A DNA stretch of 64,000 nucleotides from Mustelus asterias. Its lineage: Eukaryota. The position numbers and the translations under genes were made by a program. The stretch lies in assembly GCF_964213995.1 (NCBI RefSeq), contig NC_135823.1, forward strand, positions 868,001 to 932,000, in the 5' to 3' direction. Under the pieces are notes generated by a model. That model was not told where the DNA came from. It ran no database searches and was given only the letters and a program-made list of their open reading frames with translations. Shown here in pieces: positions 26,760 to 37,876 of the stretch. Position 1 is the first letter of the stretch. The number at the start of each line of letters is the position of its first letter.

Positions 26760-28130
26760 CATAGAGGCTTACAAGTTTAGAGCACGGAAATAGGCATTTG
26801 ATCCGTAGCCTTGGAGGCTCAGATGTTTCAAGTGTTCAGTTAAATGCTTGATGTCGTGAGGTTCTCCATCTTTACCACGCTTTCAGACATCGAGTTCCAG
26901 ATTCTCACCATCCTCTGAGTGAAAACGTTTTTCCTCCCTTCGCATATAAACCTCCTGCCCCTTAGCTTAAATCAATGTTCGAACGCTGGCTATTGACCCC
27001 TTTTGCCAGAGGAAAGGTTCCTTCTATCCCACCCTATCTATGCCGCTCATGACTTTCTACAACACAATCCCATGCCCCCTGAGCCTTCTCTGCTCCAAGG
27101 TAAACAACCCTAGCCAATCCAATCCTTCTTTATATCTGAAACGGTTCAACTCAGGCAACATCCGGGTGAATCCCCTCTGCATCTTCCCCAATGCAATCAA
27201 ATCCTTCCTATCGTGTGGCGAACACAACTGCACACAGTACTCCAGGTATGCCCTAAGCAATGTTTTATACAACTCCACCATAACCTCCCTGCTATTATAC
27301 TCAACGTCTCAGTTACTAAAGGCAAGTACCCTCCTTATTCCTTTCTGAATGACATAATCTCCCTGTCCTGCTCTCTTCACAGATCTTTGGACATGCACAT
27401 GAATGTCTCTCTGGTCCTTTGTAATTCATCTGGTCCAACTGTTCATTGTGTATTCCCGTGCCTTGTTGGTCCTTCCAAGACGCATCATCTCACACTTATT
27501 ACATTAAATTCAATTTGCCACTGTTCTGACCATCTGACCAGCCCTTCTACATCATCCTGCAATCTCAGCCTTTGCTCCTTACTATTTACATACCAACAAT
27601 GACTGTGTCATTAGCGAACATACTTAACATACCTCCTACATTCACGTCCAGATCATGAGTGTACACTACAAACAAAAAGGGATCCAGCACCTATCCCTTT
27701 GCAACATCACTGGATGGTAGTCATGAGGTGGAGATGCCGGCGTTGGACTGCGTTGTTAAAACTCTTACTAACATCACTGGACACAGACTTCCAGTCACAA
27801 AAACAACTTTCAACCATCACGCACTGTCTCCTGCCACTAAACTAATTTTGGATCCAGTTCGCAAATTTGACTTGATCCCATGAGCTATCTCCTTCTTCAT
27901 CAGCGTCCCATGGGGACCTGATCAACATTCTTTTTGAAGTCTACGTAGTCTACATCAACTGCACTCCTCGAAACATTTCACTTGAATTTGTGTGGCATGA
28001 TTTCCCTTGGACATAACCATGCTGACTATCCTTGATTAATATTTGTCTCCCCAAGTGAAGATTAATCCTGTGCCTCAGATTTTATTTTCCCCCAGTTTCC
28101 CTGCCACTGGATTTAGACTCAGTTGCCTAT
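26760..28130 (-). mobile_element. CR1-type LINE fragment (orthologue of 47190-48520)
   Basis: ELYKTLLRAYLEYCVQLCSP and related RT motifs. Confidence 0.85.
27715..27769. mobile_element. 55-nt Penelope-like mini-insertion with a 12-bp TSD
   Basis: aacatcactgga at 27703-27714 and 27770-27781; shares gtggagatgccggcgttggactg and tgttaaaactcttact with 13709-13800. Confidence 0.75.
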
Positions 28131-31100
28131 AATGTTTTGATTTTTTTCCCCCGACAAGACATCTCCTTTGTCCGTCATTACTGAGGAAAATCGGGATTTA
28201 TGCTGATGTAGTTAAAATCCCCTTTTCCTGTTCAAGGTCAGAGAGCACATTGTATTAACGTCTTACTGAGTGACTTTAAACCACACCAGGAACAAGAAAT
28301 CTTCGTGATGTACTGTTAAATTAAATTAAATTGTCAGGTTAAGATATTTGGGTCCGATTATGTAAGACATTTCCATTTCAAGCACTTCCTGTTCTACAGC
28401 ATGTTCAACCATTTCTAGGACCCTGTGATGTTGAAAGAAACAAAAATCTGTTTGGTGCAAATCCCTGACTCCCCCATCAAGAATCGCTCAGTGCTTCTAA
28501 AATCAGTTTGAAATTATTGATGTTCACACTTTGTGAATGAAAAATACATTACAATGTTCAGACATGGGTTGGCTGTAGGCCATGAGGAGAGAGGACAGTT
28601 GCACAACGTTTGTACAGAGACTTATCAATGTCCACTCTGTGCGAGGAAGTGTAGAGTGGCCGCACAGCAGAGGAATATGGTCAATCAGAGGCACTCAGTT
28701 GGGTGACAAGTGTTAACGATTATTTGAGGATGGACACTTGCAAATAGCACGAGGGCAGATGGGGATATTTAATAGGCTTCTATGTGTTCCCCTCTCACTC
28801 TTGTAAACTCCAATGAATATAATCATAATCCTCATAGTTTTTTCTCGTGTGACAGACGTACCATCCCAGGAATCAACCTGACAAACTTTTTCTGCACTTC
28901 GGCTACAGCAATGACATCCTCCCTCAGATAAGGAAACTAAAATTGCACACAATACTATAGGTGTGGCTCAGTACAACTGCAATAAAACATCCCTATTCCT
29001 CTACTCGACTCCTCTCACTATGAAGGCTTGTGCCTTTCTGGTTAGTCCAGACCACGGCTGTCGTCGTCTCAGGATAAGGACTGAAATCAGGGGAAAGCTC
29101 TTCATTGGAAGATCTGTGAATATTTGGGATGCTCTACCGCAGAGAGGTCTGCATGTTCAATCCTAGAGAGCATTGAAGACGGAGATGCATGTTTGTGAGG
29201 AATTACGACAATCTGGATCCAACGTAGAGTCTAATGTGTTGCCTGAAGGAAATTGCGTGAAGTCTTTATTTAAAATTGTTTCGAATAATGACTGTGGTTG
29301 TTGCAAATTCTCGTCCAGACATACGGTGCAGCTCTAACTCTACCCATGCAATGCTCTATCATCCAGCCCCCCGGGAGCGATACTGCTCCCTTTTCCTTTC
29401 CGATTTTCCCTTTCTTCGCCAAACGCTGGCCACGGCCCCGTGCTGGGAGGAGTGCCCGTCATTGATTCATGACGACAAATCATTTATTTAAATAAAATAA
29501 CTAAAGTAAGACATCTTCAGAATGGAGAGGGAAGGGAATTTGTTTTCGGCGAGAATTTTGCGTGGACTCTGCCCCAGATGAAGGCCTTTGCCAGATGCAG
29601 GACATTGTGGGAAAATATGCCGCCATTGCTCCATCCAACTGTGAAAATGACGAGCTGATTTTCGAAATAGGGTAGGCACCAGTTATGTATTTTGTATAGG
29701 AGAGCACATATATTTTTTGCCATGAATACTTTATCCCCTTCACTTACTTTCAGAAGTTGTTCTCTCCCTGAACAAATATACGAAAGGGAAACTCTTTCAT
29801 AGAGCCCCCAGGGGCGCGATTGGTATCATTCTGAAATTCATCAGTCAATCTCCATGTGATTTTCTCAGAATATTACACTTGTTCAGGGTGCGACAAGGTT
29901 CTACATGCATACATACAATCCTGCAGTGCAGAAGCAGGCCATTTGGCCCATCGAATCTTCACCGACTCTCTCATAATGCATCCTAACCAGGTCCTATTCT
30001 GTCACCCCTTGTATTTACGCGGCTGATGCCCCTACAGATATTGGCAAATTAGCGACAAATTAGCATCGCCAATCCACCTAACCTGCACATCTTAGGACTC
30101 TGTGAAGAAATCAGAGCACCCAGAGGAAACTCACGAAGGCACGGGAGGAACGTGCAAATTCCACACAGGCATTGCCCAAGCCGGGATTCGACCACAGTTC
30201 CCTACGGCACAGTTCCCGTAACGAAGCAATGCTACCCACTGTGCCACCGTGCCACCCTCCTCTATGACAAATGAAGAAATGTTCAAATGTAGTCACTGTT
30301 ATACCATGTGCAAAATACTTTTTGTTATAAAGACGATAAATAATAAATATGTGAATTAATTTGCATTGTTGAATCATTCCGTTTTTTTCTTCATTTAAAG
30401 TGGGTGTGGCTCGCCAGGTTTCTATTGGAGTCAAATCAGAATTTGTTTTCTAAATATTCGATACTTTTCCCGCACACCTAATCACAAATGTCTCTGTTCC
30501 ATGAATTACATAATTCTAACTTAATCGTTCTCTCTTACACCTTTTCCCTTTTCCCCTCTCACAAACACAGACAAAGGCAAATTCACAGCAGCACGCATAA
30601 AAAATGCTACAAGTTCATTTTCCCTCACACAAAGTTTTCTATAAATTAAGGAATGCTCTCACACAAACATGCACACACAGACATGCACATGTCAAATTAC
30701 CCTTTCCTTTCCTCTATCTCTTACACACACTGTCATGCATGGTGGCAGCTGAGTTAGCACTGCTACGTCACAGCGCCAGGGACCCGAGCTCGCTTCCTGG
30801 CACGGGTCACTGTGTGAAGTCTGCACGTCCTCCCCTCTGCTTGGGCTTCCTCCTGGTGCTTTGGTTTCCTCCCACAGTCCGAAAGACGTGCTGCCTAGGG
30901 ACACTGGCCACGCTAAATTATCCCTCAATGTACACGAATAGGCGCCAAAGTGTGGCAACTGGGCGATTTTCACAGTAACCTCATTGCTGTGTTTATGCAA
31001 GTCTCCTTGTTCCAGAGAGCGGGGTTCGGCAGCAAAAAGGTGCATCGCCTGTGCCCGCGGTTGTTTGCTGTGTCAAAACACGCTTACACCCAGCCCATTC

Positions 31101-32539
31101 GGCGTTGTGCAAAACACACTGTGGGGCGGAAATGGCTCTCCGGGATTCTGACCACTTCACCACTTCATGCTTAAGATGGAAAATGATGATCGAGCCAGAA
31201 GCAGTCAGTGGCTTTCCTGTTTTAACACTTTCGGCTCTTCATGTACAACGCTGCCTGCACTGGTCAAACACTGGAAATCAGTGTTAAATTGCAGATTGAG
31301 GAATGTTTGTAGCCTGGGGTGGACTGGTGTAAATAGAGAACAGGCTACGATACAATTAGGGAGAGCGGTACAGCACAGGTCCTTCGGACCTACTCGTCGA
31401 TGCCGACCAGGTTTCTGAAGCTCAACTCGTCGCATTTGTCTGCGTTTGTCCCATACCCCTCTGTACATTTCCAAATTGTTGTAGTTACCCCATCTCTACA
31501 ACCTCCTCTCGCAAGTCATTCCACATACCCACCTCCCTCTGTGAAGAAGTTTCCCCTCAGTGCCGTTTAAAATCGTTCCCCTCTCATCTTCAAGCTATGA
31601 CCTCTAGTTTGGACTTTCCTACCCTGAGAAAAAGCCGTTGGCTATTTATCTTATCTATGTCCCTCGTGCATTTATAAACCTCTATAAGGTTAAACTCATG
31701 CACATATTAAAATTCGACATGATAACAAGTAACCATTTAGATTTTTTAAATGTACTTGTATCGCAAATTGGCTGACCTTAACATTGTAACGGAGGTAGTG
31801 TGAAAATCCCCGAGTCGCTTCACTCCGGCGCTTGTTTGGGGACACTGAGGTAGAATTTAGCGCGGCCAATCCACCTAAACTGCACATCTTTCGGACTGTG
31901 GGAGAGAAACGGAACACCGGAGGAAACCCACGCTGACACGGTTAAAACGTGCAGAAGCCGCACAGACAGTGACCCAACCCAAAATTGAACTCAGTTCCCT
32001 TGCGCTGCCAGGCAGCAGTTCTAATCATTGTGCCACTATGCCACCCTGTTGGTGTATTTGCTGTGAATAATTTCGACGCACGCCTCTTTTTGATAAGGTT
32101 GCTTCTTAACCTCACTGGGAAAATGCAAGTCCACCTTCAGCCAATAATTTGTTTATTGTATAGACGACCTGATTTCGAAATTGGGCTAACAGTGCACTTC
32201 TGCCCCCCTCCCCCCGCCGCCCCCACTCCACCCCGCCCCCTCCACCCACTCCATAGTAGAAAGAGAAAATTGCACCACTGGAATTTGCGCAAACAGCATT
32301 TCTAAGAAGGAAAGCAGGACTGAGTTGTCATAAATAACAGGAACGACTGAACAGACTGGGACTCTTTTTTACTCAAGAACACAAGGCTCCGAGGTGACAG
32401 AATAGATGTTAAACTGGGATCAGCCACATCATTTGAATGCCGATTTTGGATCTATGGGGAGACGATGTCCTGGCGCGACTATCGCTAAACTATTAATGAT
32501 TAAATAATTTTAAAAATAGCGAGTTATAATTGAATTCAA

Positions 32540-32839
32540 TTTTATCCAGAGCATTCGTCATTCATCCATCCGATAGAACTGTGACCTACTATCCAGAAGT
32601 GTTGTTGATATGTATTCTACCACTTGGGCGCTGTGGCGCACAAACAGTGAGATATGTCAAATGAAAGTTCCAGTCACCCGAACACTGCCCCATAATTGTG
32701 TCATACTTTCCACAACAGAGTTCGTCATAGCGTCCACTGAAAAGGCGCAACTCAAGTGGACTCAGACCACATCAGTGTGCGGTCACTGTGTCTGCAGAAG
32801 CTACGCAGTGAGGCAGAATACAAGGGAAACTTTATCAAG
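32540..32839 (+). promoter_or_regulatory. Proximal promoter / 5' UTR block of the receptor (paralogues 13440-13849, 14700-14994, 61326-61610 minus)
   Basis: Non-repeat block conserved directly upstream of each leader ATG; RUNX-type ACCACA (32766-71) and TGCGGT (32778-83) in A and B. Confidence 0.5.
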
Positions 32840-32894
32840 ATGGCCAGCGAATTTCTATCTCTGATACTCATTTTCCAAGTCCTGTGGTTTCACT
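32840..32894 (+). CDS. Copy B leader (signal peptide) exon, MASEFLSLILIFQVLWFH
   Basis: Kozak aagATGg, hydrophobic 18-mer, phase-1 donor gtgagt at 32895. Confidence 0.88.
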
Positions 32895-33460
32895 GTGAGT
32901 AGGATGCGCGTGGGAATTTAAAGAGGAAAAATTTTTATAAACTAGACTGAAAGTTTTCAAAGCTGGAAACGTGAGCCAGTGTTCAGGTGAAGGAATCTGA
33001 CTGATCATATCAATTCATTTACTGCTTCCACCCATAACATTGAGGAAAATATGGATTACCAACAATGATTACAAAGAGTGAAGAGATTGTGCAGTGGTTA
33101 ACACTGCTGCCTCACAGCGCCAGGTACCCGGGTTCCATTCCCAGCTCGGGTCACTGTCTACGCGTTCTCCCCACTGTTTGCGTGTGCTTCCTCTGGGTGC
33201 TCCGGTATCCTGGTGCTTTCAGAATCACCGAAAGAGGTGCTGGTTAGGTGCATTGGCCATGCCAAAAATTCTCCCTCTGTGTACCCGAGCAGGCGCCGGA
33301 ATGTGGCGACGAGAGCATTTTCACTGAACCTTTATTGCAATGTTAATTTCAGCCTATTTGTGACATTTATAAATAAACTTTAAATTCAGCCGAGTTTTTG
33401 TTTAAGGGGCGGCTTCATGTATTTCAATAATCGGTGCTTACGTAACAATAATCTGTCTAG

Positions 33461-33793
33461 TTACAGAATCCGAGACGTCCTTGTCGCAGATCTCTTTCAC
33501 AATAAAAGCCGAAGTTGGCCAGACGGTGGAATTGTCCTGCCGTGACACTTATGAAGTGGATATGGCGTATAACTATGCTTGGTGCAAACAGCGTCGAGGT
33601 GAAGCCCCGGTACTACTCAACACTATACCCTGTACTGGGGCCGACTGTAAGTTCATTTCTGAAAAAGGCTATCCGGGAAATGTATTAATTCTGAAAATTC
33701 GCAATGTCCAGACGAATGACTCGGGTTCCTACTACTGTATATATGTCGCTGGGTCTTCACGGCTCCGGAATGGACCCACACTCCTGGTTGGGG
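33461..33793 (+). CDS. Copy B Ig V-set exon with fused J-like G strand
   Basis: Acceptor gtctag (using the next AG would create TAA); canonical C, W, L-x-I and DSGSYYC; RNGPTLLVG then gtaaga; 333 nt, phase 1-1. Confidence 0.93.
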
Positions 33794-33883
33794 GTAAGAG
33801 AGCAAGGGAAATTCATTCAAATTGTGCATCGCATTAACATTGCATGTAATTTAATTTGTAACTGCGTCCCAATCTCTGTCCAG

Positions 33884-34213
33884 ACAGTTCCACCAACAAG
33901 ACAGCCGTGCTGATATTTGTCCCGCCGGGTGAGCTGGTTTTGAATGATGCTGTGCCCTTAGTGTGTTTGGTCAGTGGAGTTTCTTCCAACCAGATTGCTA
34001 TTTTATGGAATATTTCCGGCCTGATCACTGAGGGTTCAAGTGATCCAGGGATAATGGCGGAGGACGGGACCTACAGCATTAGAAGTCATGTCATAGTGTT
34101 GGGACAAGTCTGGAGAAGTGACGGTGTCTGTATTTGTATTGCTCAACTGGGGACTTCAGGAAAATATTGGACGAAGACGGTGTCTTTTCCCAAAACAGAA
34201 GCGACTGGGACAG
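33884..34213 (+). CDS. Copy B Ig C1-set exon
   Basis: VLIFVPP..PLVCLVSG..IAILW..EDGTYSIRSHVIV...WRSDGVCIC; 330 nt between tgtccag and gtgagg. Confidence 0.92.
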
Positions 34214-36247
34214 GTGAGGTGCTGATCTCCACAATGATGCTTTGAATTCAACTCGTGATAAGTTGGGATAATGTACCAGATACTCTGAAACTGAAGACTG
34301 TTATTTAATTAGGCGAAATTTCCATTTGAGCTACTTTACTTATTTATGTATAAGTGTCAAAAGTATGCTGACATTAGTGCTGCCATGATGTTACTGTGAA
34401 AATCCCTTTGTTGCCACACTCCTGTTCCTGCTTGGGTGCACTGAAGGAGAATTTACCTTGGCCAATCTACCTAACCTACACATATTTGGACACGACTGAC
34501 AATTTAGTCCAGCCTTTCCACATAATCAGCACATCCTTTGGTGTGTGGGAGGAAAATGGAGCACTCGAAGGAAACACGGGGAAAATGTATAGACTCCGCA
34601 CAGAGAGTGACCCAAGCCGGGAGTCGAAACAGAGTCCCTGGTGCTGTGAGGCAGCAGTGCTAACCGTAGAGCATCCGTGCCTCCCGTAGCCCCATCACAT
34701 TTCCCCTTCGAGTCAGAACCTGATTTCTCTCTTGAAAGTCATTATTAAATCTGTTTTCCCACCGTTTTCAGACAATGGGTTATTTAATTGATTTGAGTTC
34801 AGTCACACGCAGGATGCGCATTGGAATCTGGAAACAAACAGATGTTGAACTTATTTTCTGAATCTGTCTTTTTTTCCTGAGGCATCAGTTCAATTTCCCA
34901 GCATATCACTTCACACTCTCTGCTTTTCGTTTGGTATCTGTTTTATTTTTTTAAATTCCAAATACTTGCAATCCAATTGAATTCAAGTCAGGATCCAAAG
35001 CAGCTCAGAATTTGGATTCATAGATTATTTTACACTGTTTGATCTTGTGATCTGTAACACGTCTGAAAGGCCAATGGAAGCATATATAACTGTACATTTC
35101 ACAACAGGAATTGCATGTGGACTCGGTAGTGAGAAATGTACGGGGCTGTGAGGGAAAAATAGGTAGAGTAGCACTATTTCAACAGATCTTTCAAAGATGC
35201 AGCGTGGACACTGTGGGTTTGTGTCATTATGGGATTCAGTTTTCAAATAAACGTTGGCGTGATGTTTTTACAATACTACCTGATACACTCTGAATGTGCA
35301 ACTAACCAGACAGGCCTGTCAGATTGTTGATCCATAGTCGCAAACATGATGTAATTCATTCCATCCTGTACACTCAAGCATTGTTCGCAATTCCATGTGT
35401 TGTTTATTTTCATTTCACTCCCGAGTTTGAGGTTATCATGTTTTATCTTTTGTAATATTCATTCATGGGACATGGGGATCGGACATTAGGCCAGCAGCTG
35501 CTGACCATTCCCAAATGCCTTTGAGAAGGTGGTGGTGACCTGCCTTCTTGAAACGGTGCAGTCTACATGCTGTGTGTTGACCAACAATGCCTGCAGGGAG
35601 GAAATTCCAGTATTTTGATCCAGCGACCGTGAAGGAACGGCGAAATATTTCCAAGTCAGGATAGTGAGTGGCTTGGAGGTAAGCTTGCAGGTGGTGGTGT
35701 TCCAATGTACTTGCTGTCCTTCTCCCCCTCGGAGTAATTGGTCGTGTGCTTGGAAGCTACGGCATAAGGACCTTTGGCGATTTGCTGCAGTGCATCCTGT
35801 AGAGAGAACACACTGCTTTTTCTGAGAGTGGGGTGGTGGAGGGAGTGGATGTGGTGCCAATCAATTGGGCTGCTTTGTCCTGGATGGTGTCAAGCTTTTT
35901 CGTTGCTGTTGGAGCTGCACCCAACCAGACAAGTGGGAAATATTCCATTGCACCTCTGACTTGTGCTTTGTACATGGAGGACAGGTTTGAAGAGTCAGGA
36001 CTTGAGTCACTCGCTGCAGAATTCCCACTCTCCCAACTGCTCTTGCAGCCACTCTGTTTAGGTGGCGTGTCCAGATGTGTTTCCCGTCGATGCTAATCAT
36101 CAACGATTTTTCCAGTGGGGGATTCAATGTTGGTTGCACAATTAAATGTCAAGTGGCACTGATTAGAGTGCCTGGGATCAGTTTCCCATTGTAGAAACGC
36201 AGAATGATTTGGCCCAGCAACAGTTTCTAAGTGTTTTCTTTGTGTAG

Positions 36248-36360
36248 GATGGTGCAATCTGGAATATTCCATTGTCAGAATTGTCCTGCTGATTCGGTGT
36301 CTCGTCATGGTCCTTCTTTCCATTTGGATTTGGAAGAGCGGCAGATCAGGTGAGGAATAA
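36248..36360 (+). CDS. Copy B Cys + TM exon with two Arg; short tail (GWCNLEYSIVRIVLLIRCLVMVLLSIWIWKSGRS-GEE*)
   Basis: Acceptor tgtgtag; 102-nt exon ends at 36349; read-through reaches TAA at 36358-36360; AGA at 36277 and CGG at 36295. Confidence 0.85.
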
Positions 36361-36442
36361 TGTTCAGGAGGAATAATACCATTATTGTTCATTCAATGTG
36401 ATTTTCCTCGTGGCTTTTTATTGGTGATCACATGTTTGGGTT

Positions 36443-37831
36443 ACGAGCGAGCTATGGGAGCCCACAATGAAAAGTGAGTAACTGACCCATTTTTGACATT
36501 CATCACGGCAACTCTCTCCGTGTTTACTACTTTACAAAACCCAGATCGAAACCATCACTGATTCCAATGGTATTTGTAGAAATATTCCATTTGTCAAAAA
36601 TTAGCCTTCGTTTCTCAAATGTTTCATGCAACTGGGCCAGGATTTGTTGGAAGTAACACTTCTTTAATACTTTTTATTTCCTCATCCAGTTTTAGCTTGA
36701 GAGAAACGACACATAGAGGGGGGTGGAAATAGAAACAATCGGGTACGTTGCGTTGAAATGTTCGCTCTTCAATATCACTGAGCAGAATTATCATAGAATC
36801 CTTGCAGTGCAGAAGGAGGCCATTCAACCCATCGAAACTGCACCGAAAACAATGCCACCCAAGCCCAATCCCCGTAACCCAACAGACAGCTGGTTCCAAA
36901 TAAATGGAAAGGCGACATAAGATGGTGCAATGCAGTGCTTTGTAAACATTTTAATACTGCACAGAAAATTGGCGCTGTTTGATATAGGTGCGAGATGTCC
37001 AATGCTTGGGACGTCCCAAGGCCGCGGCCGCACCGTCGCACAGTGGTTAACACTGTTACCTCACAGCGCCAGGGAGCCGGGTTTAATTCTTGACTGGGGT
37101 CACTCTTCGTGCGGAATCTGTGCATTCTCCCCGTGTCTGCGTGAGTTTCCGCCAGGTGCTCCGGTTTGTCCCACAGTACAAAGGTTGTGCTGGTTACGTG
37201 CATTAGCCACGCTAAATTTTCTTTCAGTGTATCCGAACAGGCAGAGTGTGATGGCGAGGGGATTCTCACAATAACCTAATTGTAGTGTTAATGTGAGCCG
37301 ACTTTTCACTAATAAACAAAATTTAGAGTTTTGCTGGATAGTTCATGGGGCTACCAGATAGCAGCTCATGGTCTGAAGCATCTAAATATGATTCAAATAA
37401 AGATGTCTATGTATCTCTCTGTATGTGTAGGAGTGAGATTTTGTTTCTATGTGTTTGTATGTGTTTGTGAAAGAGGGAGAGAGAGAGATTCTCTATCTCT
37501 CTGTATGTATCCGTGTCACATGGTATGTGTGTGAGAGAGGGGAATTATATGTCGGTGTACCTGTTTCTGCGCGTCGCTTTGAGATTGTGCATGTGTGCTT
37601 CTGTATCTCTTTGCACGTGTCGATGTGAGATTGTGTAGGTGTCTGTGTGTGTGTGTTTGTGTGTGTGTATTTCTGTTGTCTGTTTATCTCTCTGCTTGTG
37701 TCGGTGTGAAATTATCTGTCTGTGTATCTCTTTGTACGTGCCGATGTGAGATTGTGTGTGTGTGTTTCTGAGAGACATGCTCTTGCTTGTTTATCTCTCT
37801 GCATATGTTGGTGTGAGATTTTGTATGTGTA

Positions 37832-37876
<45 letters not shown>

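Noticed and set aside
29200-29900. Unique sequence with a minus-strand AATAAA and short ORFs as a gene 3' end
   Set aside because: No recognisable motif, paralogue or consistent exon chain.
33461-34213. Conventional TCR, Ig light chain or IgNAR locus
   Set aside because: No separate D/J segments or RSS, a 90-nt V-C intron, a single C domain, and a Tyr-motif tail in the paralogue.
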